Counted from the first letter of the stretch, positions 1 to 14,084 are shown. The stretch: 64,000 bases of DNA from Convolutriloba macropyga (GCF_964194025.1 NC_134473.1:70866001-70930000), one strand, 5' to 3'. Made by a program: numbers and translations. The notes: generated from the letters alone by a model not told the origin.

Positions 1-1301
1 GTGTTCACTGTTTTTTTTTCAGCATAAGATCAATTCAAAGAAGAAATAAAAAAACTTTTTCTCGTTTAGTTCATTTAACTTTTTTCAATGCCCATTTGAG
101 GATTTAATTGTATATTTTTTGCATTTGAATTCAGTTCGCAATTAGCATAATTATCTATCAATTTTGCTAAATCAACTTTGACACAATTCTTATCTTTTTA
201 AGTCTTGTAAGTTCAATCAAAGATATTAAAAGTCTATAAAGGTAAATGCTTACAGTGTGATGGCATATCTCTAAAATGTTTCGTGTAAGTCAACTGGTAA
301 TCGTATAAGATATTGTAAATCGAAGAGATAACTTGTAAGAATAAGAACTTCTAAATCGGATGATTAACTTGTAAGACCTTGTAAAATGTATGCTAAAATT
401 ATTTTAAAAAATTTGTATGTTGCAGGTTAAACTTATGAGGACTTGTAATTTTTTGCGGAAAAACTCATAGGGTGAGGCATAGCCTTATGAAGCCTTGTAA
501 GAAAATTGCAAGTTCCTACAAGTTAATCATCCTTACTCGACCCGATTAAACACAATATGTGTTGACAACGAACCACACAATTGATATCGTACTTTTCAAT
601 TTATTCAACAACTCGGCTACTCCTAGCATTATTGTGAGTTACCAAACTGCTAGAGTGTAGATTGCCCTTACTAGCTGCCAAAAAGACTGTATAGAACTAA
701 CAGAATACTAAGCAGCAAAAAAAAACAGATTTAATTTTAAAAAAAGAAGAATATAAATTGCATCAACTAAGTCCCAATAGATGAAGCACAAAATTACAGA
801 ATATATTTGGATTTTCATTCAATAGATACTTAGAAACATTAAAGACTTAGGTCTTTAGGTTACAGCACTACATTGACAGTCAGTTTTTGTTTGCCTTTAC
901 AGCACAACTAAAGCTACTGACAAGCTGACCTCGAAAGTTTTTGTTTTCTTGATGGGGTACACTTGGTGTAGAAAAAACACCCTGAAAAGAACCCTAAACT
1001 AACAGGTAGTGCGATTGAGAAAAGTCTATTTGTAATTTTTCACGATGAACAGCCTTTTTTTGAATTGTCTGTTTATCATTCCAGCTTTCATTTGCTATTC
1101 CTGACTTTATCTTTCATCGACGGATAATCACCAGAAATTTGTTGGATATAATTTCCAGAAAACGGAAATGGTGTTCATCGAGAATTTATAAAGAAGACAA
1201 GAAATATTATTATTGAAGTAAAATTCTATTTGTACAACAGCTATTTTCATTTTTACTATGTATTTTTATTTTGCAATTCAGATATAATACCAAAAAAAAT
1301 A

Positions 1302-4300
1302 AAAATGCTTTTCTATCTGTTAGTGTTCATAGTAAAAGAGCGTATATTCAAAATTAAAAAAATAAAATCAGCTTTGACAACCTCACAAAAAATACACAAA
1401 AGAAACTTAAAACGCCAGACACACAACCTGTTGTTCTGTTCAACTTTTAAACTCATTATATTTCTAGAAGGTTTTGAGATCAGTTTTATTTTTTAATTTT
1501 CATGGGCTAAAATCAACTCTCCTAACTGAATATATCTTTGCAAGGTATTAAGTTTAAAAAAGTACTTTGGTGTGAGAAATTCTTCTCTTGAAAAATTATT
1601 AGAGTGACTATCATTTTTAATTTTTCAAAATTTGCTTGAACTGCAATATTAATTTACATAAAAATTATTTATTATAAAAATTACAAACATGTTTCTATAA
1701 TTGTTTTGTATATCGTCGTACAGAATTAATCTGGTACAGAAGTTATTCCTAACAAAAAAAATCAACAAAAAAATAATTTTTTGAAAATCACCAAAACTAA
1801 AACATTTCAAACATTTCTAAGTGAAATCTACCAAACGGGATTTCAAAAGCAAAGCATTCTCGCAAAAATGCGTTAGATGAGATCAACAACCTTACTACTA
1901 GTTCTTTGCTCGTGTGGTGAATTTTCGTTTAAACACTGAACTGTCAGCCCGTTTAGCATTTCAGCTATCAATACTGCATCACAATTTATTGCCGCTTTCT
2001 CTTTTCTTGTTGTTGATTATAAAAAGCGACAAGTTTGACAGCTCAGACAAGAATCGGAGCCAATAAGAAGCTTAGGTTGTTGGATTCGTACATTATAGCT
2101 TTGAATTTCCTGAGATGATTTACCAACTAAAAATTTGCTCGACAAAAAATAGATAAAAATTAGATAAAAACATTTGATTGGGAATCGAATTGCTAGGTCT
2201 AGAGTTGAACAAAAATATGAAATGATGCGTTTATGGGAAAAGCTGAACTAATCTAGTTTCTTAAAACTAAGTTTCAGAAAACAGTTTTTTAATAAGTTTT
2301 GAGTAAACTAAGCTGACAGAGTGCCACCAAAGAGCCACGATTGCTTTAGAGAAATTTCGTATAGTATCACTAAAACTTTTTCGCTGCTTTCTCATTAGGT
2401 TCTCAAAACTTCGCATCCTTTTCAGAAGATATTGGCATTATCAAATCTTTGGCTGAGATTACTATTGGCGTAAAAACGGTTAAATAGTGAAGAAATTTAT
2501 TGAAATACTTCGCTCTGTATTTAACGACGGATCCCAATTCGGACAATTTGTCAAGGGTTTTCGTTTGAGCCTTTTCAAGTTTGCTTAAAAATCCGACAAT
2601 GTTTATGTTACTTTGTAAACTCTTGTTTCCACTGGTTTAGTGTCGTTCAATGACATTCTACCGTGGCTCTTCGCTGGCACTCTGCAAGCAGCTTATTTTA
2701 TTCAACATTCGTACGAAAAAAAAACACACATTTTCTCCGATATACAGTTTTTACGGAATTGGATTACTTTATCTCTTCTCATAAACGCGTCTTTTGAATT
2801 TTTTTGTTCAACGCTAGACTCTTTAACCATCGGGAATAATCGACGTAAATTAGAAGAAAGTGCGTTTTCCTTTTTTCTAAAAGTTGTTTGTTTAAAAAAA
2901 AGATATTGTTCCACATTTGTATTCAATCAAAAAAAGGTACATCAGGACCATCACAGTCGTTCAATTGGATTCAATTTTAGGTACACAAATTCATTGAAAT
3001 GAATTCCACGTTAATAAACTTTTCACAAATTAAGTTTAAAAGAGTTAACATAGCTGGCAGATTGCCAGAAAATGCTTTTCTATCTGTTAGTGTTCATAGT
3101 AAAAGAGCGTATATTCAAAATTAAAAAAATAAAATCAGCTTTGACAACCTCACAAAAAATACACAAAAGAAACTTAAAACGCCAGACACACAACCTGTTG
3201 TTCTGTTCAACTTTTAAACTCATTATATTTCTAGAAGGTTTTGAGATCAGTTTTATTTTTTAAATTTCATGGGCTAAAATCAACTCTCCTAACTGAATAT
3301 ATCTTTGCAAGGTATTAAGTTTAAAAAAGTACTTTGGTGTGAGAAATTCTTCTCTTGAAAAATTATTAGAGTGACTATCATTTTTAATTTTTCAAAATTT
3401 GCTTGAACTGCAATATTAATTTACATAAAAATTATTTATAATAAAAATTACAAACATGTTTCTATAATTGTTTTGTATATCGTCGTACAGAATTAATCTG
3501 GTACAGAAGTTATTCCTAACAAAAAAAATCAACAAAAAAATAATTTTTTGAAAATCACCAAAACTAAAACATTTCAAACATTTCTAAGTGAAATCTACCA
3601 AACGGGATTTCAAAAGCAAAGCATTCTCGCAAAAATGCGTTAGATGAGATCAACAACCTTACTACTAGTTCTTTGCTCGTGTGGTGAATTTTCGTTTAAA
3701 CACTGAACTGTCAGCCCGTTTAGCGTTTCAGCTATCAATACTGCATCACAATTTATTGCCGCTTTCTCTTTTCTTGTTGTTGATTATAAAAAGCGACAAG
3801 TTTGACAGCTCAGACAAGAATCGGAGCCAATAAGAAGCTTAGGTTGTTGGATTCGTACATTATAGCTTTGAATTTCCTGAGATGATTTACCAACTAAAAA
3901 TTTGCTCGACAAAAAATAGATAAAAATTAGATAAAAACATTTGATTGGGAATCGAATTGCTAGGTCTAGAGTTGAACAAAAATATGAAATGATGCGTTTA
4001 TGGGAAAAGCTGAACTAATCTAGTTTCTTAAAACTAAGTTTCAGAAAACAGTTTTTTAATAAGTTTTGAGTAAACTAAGCTGACAGAGTGCCACCAAAGA
4101 GCCACGATTGCTTTACAGAAATTTCGTATAGTATCACTAAAACTTTTTCGCTGCTTTCTCATTAGGTTCTCAAAACTTCGCATCCTTTTCAGAAGATATT
4201 GGCATTATCAAATCTTTGGCTGAGATTACTATTGGCGTAAAAACGGTTAAATAGTGAAGAAATTTATTGAAATACTTCGCTCTGTATTTAACGACGGATC

Positions 4301-4840
4301 CCAATTCGGACAATTTGTCAAGGGTTTTCGTTTGAGCCTTTTCAAGTTTGCTTAAAAATCCGACAATGTTTATGTTACTTTGTAAACTCTTGTTTCCACT
4401 GGTTTAGTGTCGTTCAATGACATTCTACCGTGGCTCTTCGCTGGCACTCTGCAAGCAGCTTATTTTATTCAACATTCGTACGAAAAAAAAACACACATTT
4501 TCTCCGATATACAGTTTTTACGGAATTGGATTACTTTATCTCTTCTCATAAACGCGTCTTTTGAATTTTTTTGTTCAACGCTAGACTCTTTAACCATCGG
4601 GAATAATCGACGTAAATTAGAAGAAAGTGCGTTTTCCTTTTTTCTAAAAGTTGTTTGTTTAAAAAAAAGATATTGTTCCACATTTGTATTCAATCAAAAA
4701 AAGGTACATCAGGACCATCACAGTCGTTCAATTGGATTCAATTTTAGGTACACAAATTCATTGAAATGAATTCCACGTTAATAAACTTTTCACAAATTAA
4801 GTTTAAAAGAGTTAACATAGCTGGCAGATTGCCAGAAAAT
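1302..4840 (+). repeat. Tandem duplication, 2 x 1767 bp (1302-3068 / 3069-4840)
   Basis: Identical ORFs offset by 1767 (2640/4407, 2702/4469). AAAAT microhomology at the junction. At least 4 substitutions seen between the copies. Confidence 0.97.
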
Positions 4841-5873
4841 AGCCGCAATAGATTCGTAGATCGACAGTCTAAAAAAACAGTAAAAAAGACAGACCAAAAA
4901 AATTCGTCTTTTTATTGAAGACTGATCTGTTATATTTTGATTAAAAATCTGTATAAGTTATTTCTGCCTCTATTAGCTGATTTCAAATAACCTTCATTTA
5001 GAGTGACACACACCCATTTGACCTTATCTCTTTGAATTAAAGTAAATAAAAGTCAATTTCAAATTGAGGAAGTCATTTTTGAGAGTGAGGTAAGTCAAGT
5101 GTGACCAAAAAATTAATCATGCGCATGAACAAAACACTCGCTCCACTAAGAGCGAAAAAGGACGTCACACATGCAATTCAGTTGAAATTGCATGAACGAA
5201 TGAACAAAAAGTGGCTGTGACGTCATATGGTCGTAACAAAAATCATGACGACGAAATAAAAAAACATAGCAGGACAAGTCCTGACGTACAATTCAAAGAA
5301 TTTTCATTGACTAAACAGAAAAACTAGACCAGGAATGGACTGTGAGTGACTTGAGAAAACCATTTTGAAAAAATCAGATCAAAAAATAAGAAAAAAAAAA
5401 CAGAAAATCAATGTCAAAATGCCGCATGTGAACAAAAAAACCAATAGCGAGAAATGAAAATTCAATTCAAACAAAAAACTAGGCCTAGAATGAGCTGTGA
5501 ATGGATTGGGAAAACCATTTAGAAAAAAATCCGATCCAAAAAATCGAAAAAACAGTAAAAATCAGAGTGAAATTGCCGCATGTGAACAAAAAACCACTCC
5601 CGAGAAACCGAATTTTTGTTCAAACACTGTTTTCTCACTCTACTTTAAAATTAGAGCGATAAAAATTTACGCCGCAAAACCACTCGCTTTTTCGCTCTAT
5701 TTCCTGTTTCGGCGTGACCAAAATCACTACTCCAATTTGACTTCAAAAATCATGAAAATGTGTGAACAGATCTTAAAAAAAAGACAGCGCCCCAATACAA
5801 TTCAAATTATTTGAATTGTAAAAAACCAAGAGAAGGCCAATAATAGCCCCAGCTATCGCTGTGCGGCTATTAA
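4814..5873 (-). mobile_element. Non-autonomous Helentron-type (HINE-like) element, family B
   Basis: On the + strand: AACATAG, hairpin CTGGCA-gat-TGCCAG (4821-4835), subTIR AATAGCCGC (4838-4846) ... GCGGCTATT (5863-5871), with a partial IR AATAGCC just inside the right end. On the - strand this reads subTIR ... subTIR + 3' stem-loop + TT, the HINE layout. Confidence 0.75.
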
Positions 5874-6043
5874 TAAAGAGTTCAAAAGAAAAACGAAGTA
5901 ACAAAAGTTTTCCTCCATTTTTCCTTATATATATTTTAACCTTTCCTGGTTTTTCGATTTCCAATTTTCATATCAATTTTTGTCTTAGTTAAAGCAAATG
6001 CCTGCCCAGCTACACAACAAAAATTAAAAACACAACAACCCAA

Positions 6044-6572
6044 AATTATAGCAGGCACATTACCGGAAAACAGCCACTATTGTCGCGCTTGATGCACATT
6101 GGGATTAAAAATGAAAGTTGAAAATAAAGAGAAAAAAGTCTAGAGAATTATCTAAGTTTTCAAAGTGTTTTTATTTGATGGCAAATTCTGCATATTTGAT
6201 TAGCTTTGAAAATTACACTTAATTAAGCTTCTAAACAGAAATACATTAAGAATAATATAATATAATGCAAGGTAAATATCGCTTTAATGAATTTTGAAAA
6301 CCTACTTCACTATGACTTAATGAACGAGCTTTATATTTTTTAACCCTTTTCTTTTGATTTTGCTCTTTTGATTTTAACAGTATTCACCACATTGCGTAAT
6401 TTATTGCGCAAAAGAGTTTAAAATCCATTCAGTTGAAACTGTGAGTGAGGTAAGTCAGAGGACAAGCGTAGAAATTGTGACTTTTGTTAAAAAAACGTGC
6501 TCAAAAACTGAGCGAAATTTTAAAAAGGAGAGCGCCTAAAGATAGCCGTTGAGAAGCTGACGGCGGCTATTA
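6044..6572 (-). mobile_element. HINE-like family B copy (diverged); a further left-end copy follows at ~6680-7130
   Basis: ATAGCAGGCACATTACCGGAAAACAGCC left end, GGCGGCTATT right end, and the shared internal GAGTGAGGTAAGTCA motif. Confidence 0.6.
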
Positions 6573-7759
6573 TTAATAACCAAGGGAAGGCGATGGTGAG
6601 AAAATGAAAACATATTTTTTAACCTTCAATACAGGATCTTTTTATAAACGTTTATTTTTGATTTTTAAACAAAATTGCTACTTAGCCACTCATTACCGGA
6701 AAATAGCTGCCGTTGGCCTCCTTGACGCACATTGGGGCTGAAACAAAAAAAAGAAAAAGAAGAGCTGAAGAGTTATAAATTAACAGATGTCTTTCTAAGT
6801 GTCAAAAGTGTTCTAATTTGGTGTCCGATTTCAGGTAGGTTCTAAAATTAGCTTTAATGCAACTTCTTCACTAAGACCTATATTGTTTATGACTAACGAA
6901 CACTAGCAATGGTTGAAAAAAAAATTTGACTAATTAATGCATCATGACTTAATGACAAGTTTAATCGGTTTGTTCTGTTTCCTTTGATTTTGCTCTTTTG
7001 ATCTTGGCCGTCTTCCGTCTTCACAATATTTTGGAACTTATCGAGTCATTGGATTTTAACTCTTTTTAGTGGTAACAGTGAGTTAGTTTAGTCAGACAGT
7101 AGGTCATGAAAGTCATGACTTATGTAAATCAGAAAAGTGGATCGAAAGAAAACAAGAAAAAAACATAGGTTGAAGACTCGAAGAGACCTCTCTGTCTATA
7201 AAACTGTTTTTCGATTAATTGATACAGACTAACGGACTAAATTGAATGAAAAGGTTTTAAAAATAAGTCAGAAAATAATATGAAAAAATTTTTTTAAAAA
7301 AGTAACTGTACTAGAAATTAGAAGAAAATCAATAACTCTATATATAATACGAGTCTACCCAAAAACAAATTTTTTTAAGCAGCCCTTGAATACATTATTA
7401 AGCCACGTCAGGGTCACATAATATTCTATTTTATGAAAAAAAGGAAAAATACGTCGGGAAATTGGCAAAATATATAGAAATTTATCTTTTTTGCGTCATT
7501 TTACTTCACAAAGCACAGTTTTATACCATAGAAATTGTAATTTTCTGATACCTACAAAATATTTTGCCAAAATGGTTTTTTTCAATACACAATGAATGCG
7601 ATAAAACACGAAATTTCAAAAGAAAGCTAAAATAACTTAAAAATTTGCATGATAGCAGAAAAACCTCTATAACAATATAAAACTAGGATTCTTAATTTAT
7701 TCTGAACACTAATTTGAACTAAAATAAAATTGTCATTACAGCCTTTTCTTTAATAACTT

Positions 7760-8275
7760 AACAATTGAAGTCGGGAAAATTGCTCTCAAACGACTGGCGA
7801 GCAGTTGGCTTTGTCAGTAGCTAGCCACTTTTTTGGTGAGGCTAGCCTTAGCCTAATTGAAGGGGCGTGATGTGGGCTTAGCGGCTGTAAGGGGGTTCTT
7901 TGGCCGCACGGGGCCCTTACAACCTGAGCAAGGTACAGCGGTGTGAATTAGAGGGGAGAGGGGGTTGAGTAAGTGAGGGGGCTAATCTGGAGGGGGTGTT
8001 ATATGGGGGAGGGGGTGTGGGGGCCAACCTATAGGAACCGCCATTTATACCACAAGTAGAGGTCTCCAAAACTTTTTCTGTGAATCGCATACCTAGAGAC
8101 TAGTGAGCTGAAGGGTTCTAAAAACAATTAATCTTCTCTGTACGCTACCTGTTTATCCTGTTTGTGAGGATGAAAAGTCAAATGGCTCAGACGAAAAATC
8201 GGTCACGCCAAAAATCGCATAAAAAGATAAACAGGACTAATTTAATTGCTACAAACTTCGTTTGAGAGAAATTAA
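7760..8275 (-). mobile_element. HINE-like family A copy
   Basis: AATTGCTCTCAAACGA ... AATTGCTACAAACTTCGTTTGAGAGAAATT with a G-rich centre; collinear with 48505-48932. Confidence 0.8.
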
Positions 8276-8495
8276 TATTGTATTAACCACTTTCCTCTAT
8301 TCATTAATATTGTATTAACCACTTTCCTCTATTCATTTTTTTCTGTTCCAGTTTCTTGAATAACTCTTCTTTTCCAACATGCGAAAAAATGTGTGTTTTG
8401 AAATAAAAAAAATAGGCTCTAGTGGCTAAAAATGTTTTTTCTCTTTTTTCGCTACGAAGCGTAAACAAAAAATAAAAGTTTGACTGAAGAAAGTT

Positions 8496-8499
<4 letters not shown>

Positions 8500-8581
<82 letters not shown>
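8500..8581. repeat. (TA)n microsatellite
   Basis: About 40 AT units with one interruption. Confidence 0.98.
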
Positions 8582-8679
8582 TCTCCAATTTTGAAAAAAA
8601 CTTTGGAACAATAAGAGAGACTTTATCAATGGCTTCTAGCAAAAAGGCACACCACCGCTAAAATTTATTCATAATCAGG

Positions 8680-9921
8680 CCCAGGTAGAGGAAAAATCGC
8701 AAAAATATGTAAGATAAGCGTCATGGAGGTTTTGTTCACTGCAAATTGCGTACTAAGTTTTGCGGTCAAATGTTGTGAAACTATGTAGTTTCACCGCTAG
8801 AGGAAATTTATAGTAAATTTCACAGGAAATTTATAGTATTTTCACAGCTTACTATAAATTTCCGGCCTTACAAGTGTTTGAACCTCTCATGTCGTGCATG
8901 TCTCCTACTTCTTTTTCCACTGCGCCACCTCTCAATAACTGCTAGGATATTTGTTTTGAATTTAAATCCAATTGAATCTACTTTCTGTAAAACATGCGCC
9001 TCGAGTTTTTATAGGATTTGCAATTTTTAGGGGTGAAATTACATGATTTTTTGTAGGTTCAACGCCTTCTCTAGTGTTGAAATTACATAAATTCAACGCT
9101 TAGAAAAAGTCTCAAAAGATGTAAGATTAGGGGGTAATTTTAAGGGGGTTGGTAAAATCTAACAATTCCTCCATTATTCCTAATTACCCCCTTATCTTGC
9201 ATCGTTTTACCCCCTAAAATTACCTCATAATGTTACAAATCTTTTCGTCACTTTTTTTCTAAGTGGTGAAGTTATGTAATTTCACCACCAAGTTGAGCGG
9301 TGAATTTATCCGCTTATCGCTTATCTCACCGCATTTACCGCTTATCTCACTTAATTTGGACACTTTTTTAAGCGTTGTATTTGTTTATTCACCGCTAAAT
9401 TCAGGGGTGAAATTATGTAATTTCACCGCTACCAGGCAATAAAGTTTTCTTTCACCGAATTCACCGCCTATCCGCTTATCGCTTATTTCACCACATTCAC
9501 CGTTTATCTTAAAAAGCAATTTTTAGCATTGATTGACGGTGACTCTCGACCCAGGTCATGTCCGATGCACCCCCTGAGATAACCCCCGAATTTTACATCT
9601 TTCTGTCAATTTGTTTAAGCGTTGAATTTATGAAATTTCACCACTAATATAGCGGTAAATTTATGTAATTTCACCGCATTCACCGCTTATCTAACATAAT
9701 TTGGACACTTTTTAAGCGCTTTATTTGTTTATTCACCGCTAAATTCAGCGGTTAAATTATGTAATTTCACCTCTACCAGGTAATAAATTTTTCTTTCACA
9801 GCATTCACCGCCTGAATGATGTAATTTCACCGAATTTACCGCTTTTTCTTACAAAATTTTTCCGAATTCAACGCTTCTCTTGAATATTTTTGCGTTGGAA
9901 TTTGGCGACCCTCAACTCGGG
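8680..9921. mobile_element. Non-autonomous TIR element(s) with many short internal repeats
   Basis: CCCAGGTAGAG..CGCAAAAATATGTAAGATAAGCG at the left resembles the reverse complement of the right end (CGCTTCTCTTGAATATTTTTGCG..CTCAACTCGGG). Inside are repeated TTATGTAATTTCACCGC / CACCGCTTATC motifs. Probably nested copies. Confidence 0.5.
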
Positions 9922-10331
9922 AGCTTTATTCAATTGGTATATGAAATTAGATTGTAAACGGCAGCTTCTCTATTAGACATAGATAATATTCATTGAAAGT
10001 TGTTTGGTAACCCAATTGTAATCTTATTTTTGCTTTCGATTTGAAGAAAACAATTCACAGTGTTTTGAAGTTATACTTTGGAAAGATAAGATCTCGTGAC
10101 GCGCATTTTGGTATGAAGAGGATAGAATGTTATTGAACTTGAAGGAGACAGACGGAACACTTCACTCTAATCAAAAGAGTCCAAAAGACTATGATTCAAC
10201 TTTAACGGAGGACACTGAACAAAAGAAAACTAGTGTTTACAAAGTAACATAAACCTGTCTAAAATGCGTTCCGTCCATAAAGACAGAACGAAGGAGGAAA
10301 ATATTTCTTTACTGCTTTTTCTTACGTCAAG

Positions 10332-10491
10332 AATAATCTCAACCGAAAATTTCAAAATTCAAACAATTTATGAAAAGGATGCAAAGTGCCCCCTGTACCA
10401 CGGGAACTCTGTGGGGCAATGTCACCATTTATTTTTCTTAGCAAAAACTGTTCCGTCACTAAAATTACCCGACTTTGATGGCTCATGGAAT
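10332..10491 (+). CDS. Putative exon of + strand gene A (unknown protein); 5' boundary uncertain
   Basis: Pyrimidine tract + CAAG acceptor; open frame IISTENFKIQ...DGSWN (ORF 10264-10512); phase-0 GTAAAT donor matches the next exon. Confidence 0.45.
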
Positions 10492-10639
10492 GTAAATATA
10501 TATCGTATCTAGGAATGTTACTCGCAAAAAGATACAATAACCCTAGCATTGAAAGATTAGCAGGCTGTAAACAAAAATGTATACAAAAATGGATCATATA
10601 CAGCTAAGCCAATCGTCTCGAATAACTCCTGCTTTGAAT

Positions 10640-11340
10640 TTGCAAAAACTTAATGAGAAAGCAGCAAAAAAGTGTTCGAGTGATACTATACTAAATGTCT
10701 GCAAACCAATCATGGCTCTTTGGCGACACTCTGCCAGCTTAGTTTGTTCATCATTTGCTCAAAAAATAAATTATTTTTTTTCTGAAATCTATTCTTTACG
10801 GAATTAGGTTAGTTCAACTCTTCCCATAAACGCATCTTTTGCAATATTTTTGCTCAACTGTAAACTCAAGCAATTGGATTCTTAGTCAATTGCTTCTAAC
10901 CATTTTTTGTCTATTTTCTATCAAAATTCTTTTAGTTGGCAGACAAATCATCTCAAAATCTCTATTGTAAGAAGCTAACAAACCAAATTTCTTACTGGCT
11001 GTGACTCCTGTATGATCTGTCGAACTTGCCCCTTTTTATAAGCAACAAGATGAAAAGAGAGAACGACAATAATTTGTGCTGCAGTATTGCTACTTGATAT
11101 GCTTAACAGACAATTTAGCGTTTAATTGAATTTCACCACAGGAGCAAAGAACTAGTAGTACAATTGGTCATCTCAGAACGATGCATTTATGCAGAGAATA
11201 TTCTGCTTCTTAGAACCAACCCAGTTTGTTAGATTGCATTTAGAAATTTTTTAGTTTTTAAGGTGATTTTTGTAAATTAATTTTCTTTTTGGTTGATTTT
11301 TTTTCGTTAGCAACAACTTATATACCAGCAGACTAATTGA
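10640..11340 (-). repeat. Diverged inverted copy of the repeat at ~1720-2350
   Basis: For example GGAGCAAAGAACTAGTAGTA (11141) is the reverse complement of TACTACTAGTTCTTTGCTC (1893); similarity continues across ~700 bp. Confidence 0.75.
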
Positions 11341-12568
11341 CAAAATACTTGATTTTTTGTATTTTCTGAAAAAAATGTTCAGAAAGTTTCACTCGGCTTT
11401 TGGGATTTGAGACTGTTATCTTAGTTAATATTTGACCTGGGATCTAAAAACTTTGTGTTGCGAGTTATGAGGTGTTGAATTTTGTATATGAAGAATTTTT
11501 AATAAAAATTATAGAAACATGGATGTAATTTTTCTCCTCACTTCCGTTGGAATTTATTTTTTTGTACAATCACAATGTTTATGTTAATCTGATATCGCCT
11601 AAACTCAAATAATCAACAATATCTTTGGAAAAAATGGAGTGTCAGAGTTATAAAAACAAAAAACAAAACCCTATAGCGGAAACAGTTAATGGACGCCATT
11701 TAACCCTGAACAACAGAAAACGATGAGACTTTTTGTCATAGACTGTAAACTACAAAGAAGGAAAAATGACATAAAATAAGCGTGACAGTCCAAAAGTATC
11801 AAATATGTTTCAAAACAGGTCCTGTAGGAAATGTAAAAACCAAACGCAATAATCTAATTTAAAAACGGAATCTCTATTTTGCGTTACCAGAACTCCAATG
11901 AGGCTTGGCATTAACAATTTTAAAAGACAACAGATAACAAATACGACAACAGATTGGGGCAAAGCTCAGAAAATCAACTACATTATTTGAAACCAAGTAG
12001 TGTTAAAATCGAAAAAAAATTGATATTAATTAAAATATGCATAAAATTCTAACAAATAAGAACAGAAATTTAAACATTAGTAGCATTTGATGAAAAATGT
12101 CATTGAATGGAGGAGTGAAATTGCCAAACGCCGAAGAAGTCTCTTTTAAAAATGCGACATTTTTTTTCGAATATCAATTCCGCATTACGCTTTTCAAGTA
12201 ATTTGAAAAACTTTCACGTCTCTGGTCTATTCATTTTTGGCCACCTTTATTACTCAAGTGGAATTAAAATTATTACCCAAAACTTGACTTCTCATTGACA
12301 AAAAAAGGAAAAAAGTAAAAGAAATGTTTGACAAGACCTTAAGATCATAGATGCAAGACACGGGAACTGACTCGAAGCTGATAACCACTTAAGCCAAACA
12401 CACCAGAAAACAATCTACACCTCTTGATTGATTACATTTTTGATTTTGAAGCAAACGGAGAAAAATTATCATGAAAAATATAGTTCTGATAACAAATACT
12501 GGTAAAATATCTTAAAAATTTCCATTCGAATTGCAATTCGGAAAAAAACTGTTGGCAAGAAAAGTTGA

Positions 12569-13110
12569 AACATACCCGGCAGATTGCCGGAAAATAGCCG
12601 CCGTTGATTCCAATAAGCATGATTGGGATTGAAATAACGGAAGATATTGAAAAAAAAAAGATTTTTGTACAAAAACATTTTTTTAAGTCCGATTTATTTT
12701 GATGGCATTTCGTAGTTGAACATACTTCTGTTTCTTAGAGAGAGGCTACAGGGGCTACTATCAATACCAATAAGCATTAGAGATGGTAACTAAGACTTAT
12801 AGGAACGACGTTCAAATAGCGGGCATCTAAAATTGGGCTTTATGGGTTTATCCCGTTTCTACTTCTGACTTCAATTTTTTATACTGACTCTGTTCATTTT
12901 AAATTGCTTTGCTGAGCAACTGATGTTCAAAATCACTTTTAGCAGAATGAGAGAAGAGAGAAACTAGCCTAGAGAAGTCAAAAAGATTTCACGCAAAATG
13001 TTGAAAAGGCGGCAAAATGAGGTAAAGCGAAACATTTTTTTATTCGACGAAGTAAAAAAAAAAATAGGAGCGCTATAATAGCCGGCTGAGAAGATGAGGG
13101 CGGCTATTAA
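12569..13110 (-). mobile_element. HINE-like family B copy with well-preserved ends
   Basis: Hairpin CCGGCA-gat-TGCCGG (12576-12590); AATAGCCGCC (12593-12602) / GGCGGCTATT (13099-13108). Its interior matches 55990-56470. Confidence 0.8.
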
Positions 13111-13963
13111 AAATAAATAGATATTATTGAATAGTTCAGTGCCGACTGACAGAAAAATAAAAAACACAAGAACACCACCAAATCAGAGAAAATAGAGCAA
13201 AGGAAAACAAATAAAAACTTTAATTAATAATACCAACAAATGATATCGCAGAATTTTGCCCCTGCTTATTTGAAAGCGCTTTTATATAAATCTTTCTGCT
13301 CATTTTTTGGCTGACTTAATGCCTTTGGGAGAAATACTAAATACCAACAAACATGAGAAATAGCAATTAACTTGAAAATAATACAATTTTATATTATTCA
13401 TTTCACTAAAAACTCACTGTATAAGTGCTACCTTGAAGCGTTATCTCATCGTCGCAATTCTTCAGAAAGCTTTCAGATAGAATAGTGAACAAGGAAGGCA
13501 AAGAGGATTAGTTTAAGAAACAGAGTTAAAAGCAAAAAAAAAAATAAAGAAACCGATGAAAATGGACCAAAATTTGGCTTAAACTACACAATTTCTTAAA
13601 CAAACTAATCAAAATAAATATCAATCAAGCTGAAAGATTGCTGAAACCACTAAAACAACTGAAATAAATTACAGACTTTCAAATATGTTTTACAAAGTGA
13701 AAAACATTTTAAAACAACTAAAAAACATCCATGAGAACAAAATGAAGAAATTAGCCAAACGTTGCATCTAAAATTCCAGTATTTGCTTTAGGTGTTCACA
13801 ATTGCTTTCGAACATTTTTTTGAGAAAACAGTTGGATTGAAAGATTTAGACTTAAAACTTTAAAAAAAACCGCTGTGAAAAGGCCGCATGATTAAAAATA
13901 TCGCCCAGGTAGAGGAAAATTTGTTCACACCTATTTTTCTCGCTCTCTCTCTCTCTCTCTCAG

Positions 13964-14084
13964 AACATACACCAACTAATTTTGGACGAATTGGTATCGA
14001 ACGACTCGCGATCCAGAAGGGCGCATAGACAACATAATATTTTGATGAAGCAAAATTTTCAGACTAGGGAGGTGCTGGATCTTC
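13964..14084 (+). CDS. Exon of gene A (NIHQLILDELVSNDSRSRRAHRQHNILMKQNFQTREVLDL)
   Basis: (CT)n tract + CAG acceptor; 121 nt open, phase 0 to phase 1; GTGAAT donor; phases fit both neighbouring exons. Confidence 0.65.

Noticed and set aside
1085-1217. Possible further exons of gene A (also 10061-10243 and 11891-11996)
   Set aside because: Splice-like sites exist, but frames contain stops or phases cannot be chained unambiguously.
1230-4769. Duplicated 63-120 aa ORFs as genes
   Set aside because: They lie in repeat DNA, have low-complexity F/K/L/I composition and recur only because of the duplication.
8304-8642. ORFs with YIYIYI runs
   Set aside because: Translation of the (TA)n microsatellite.
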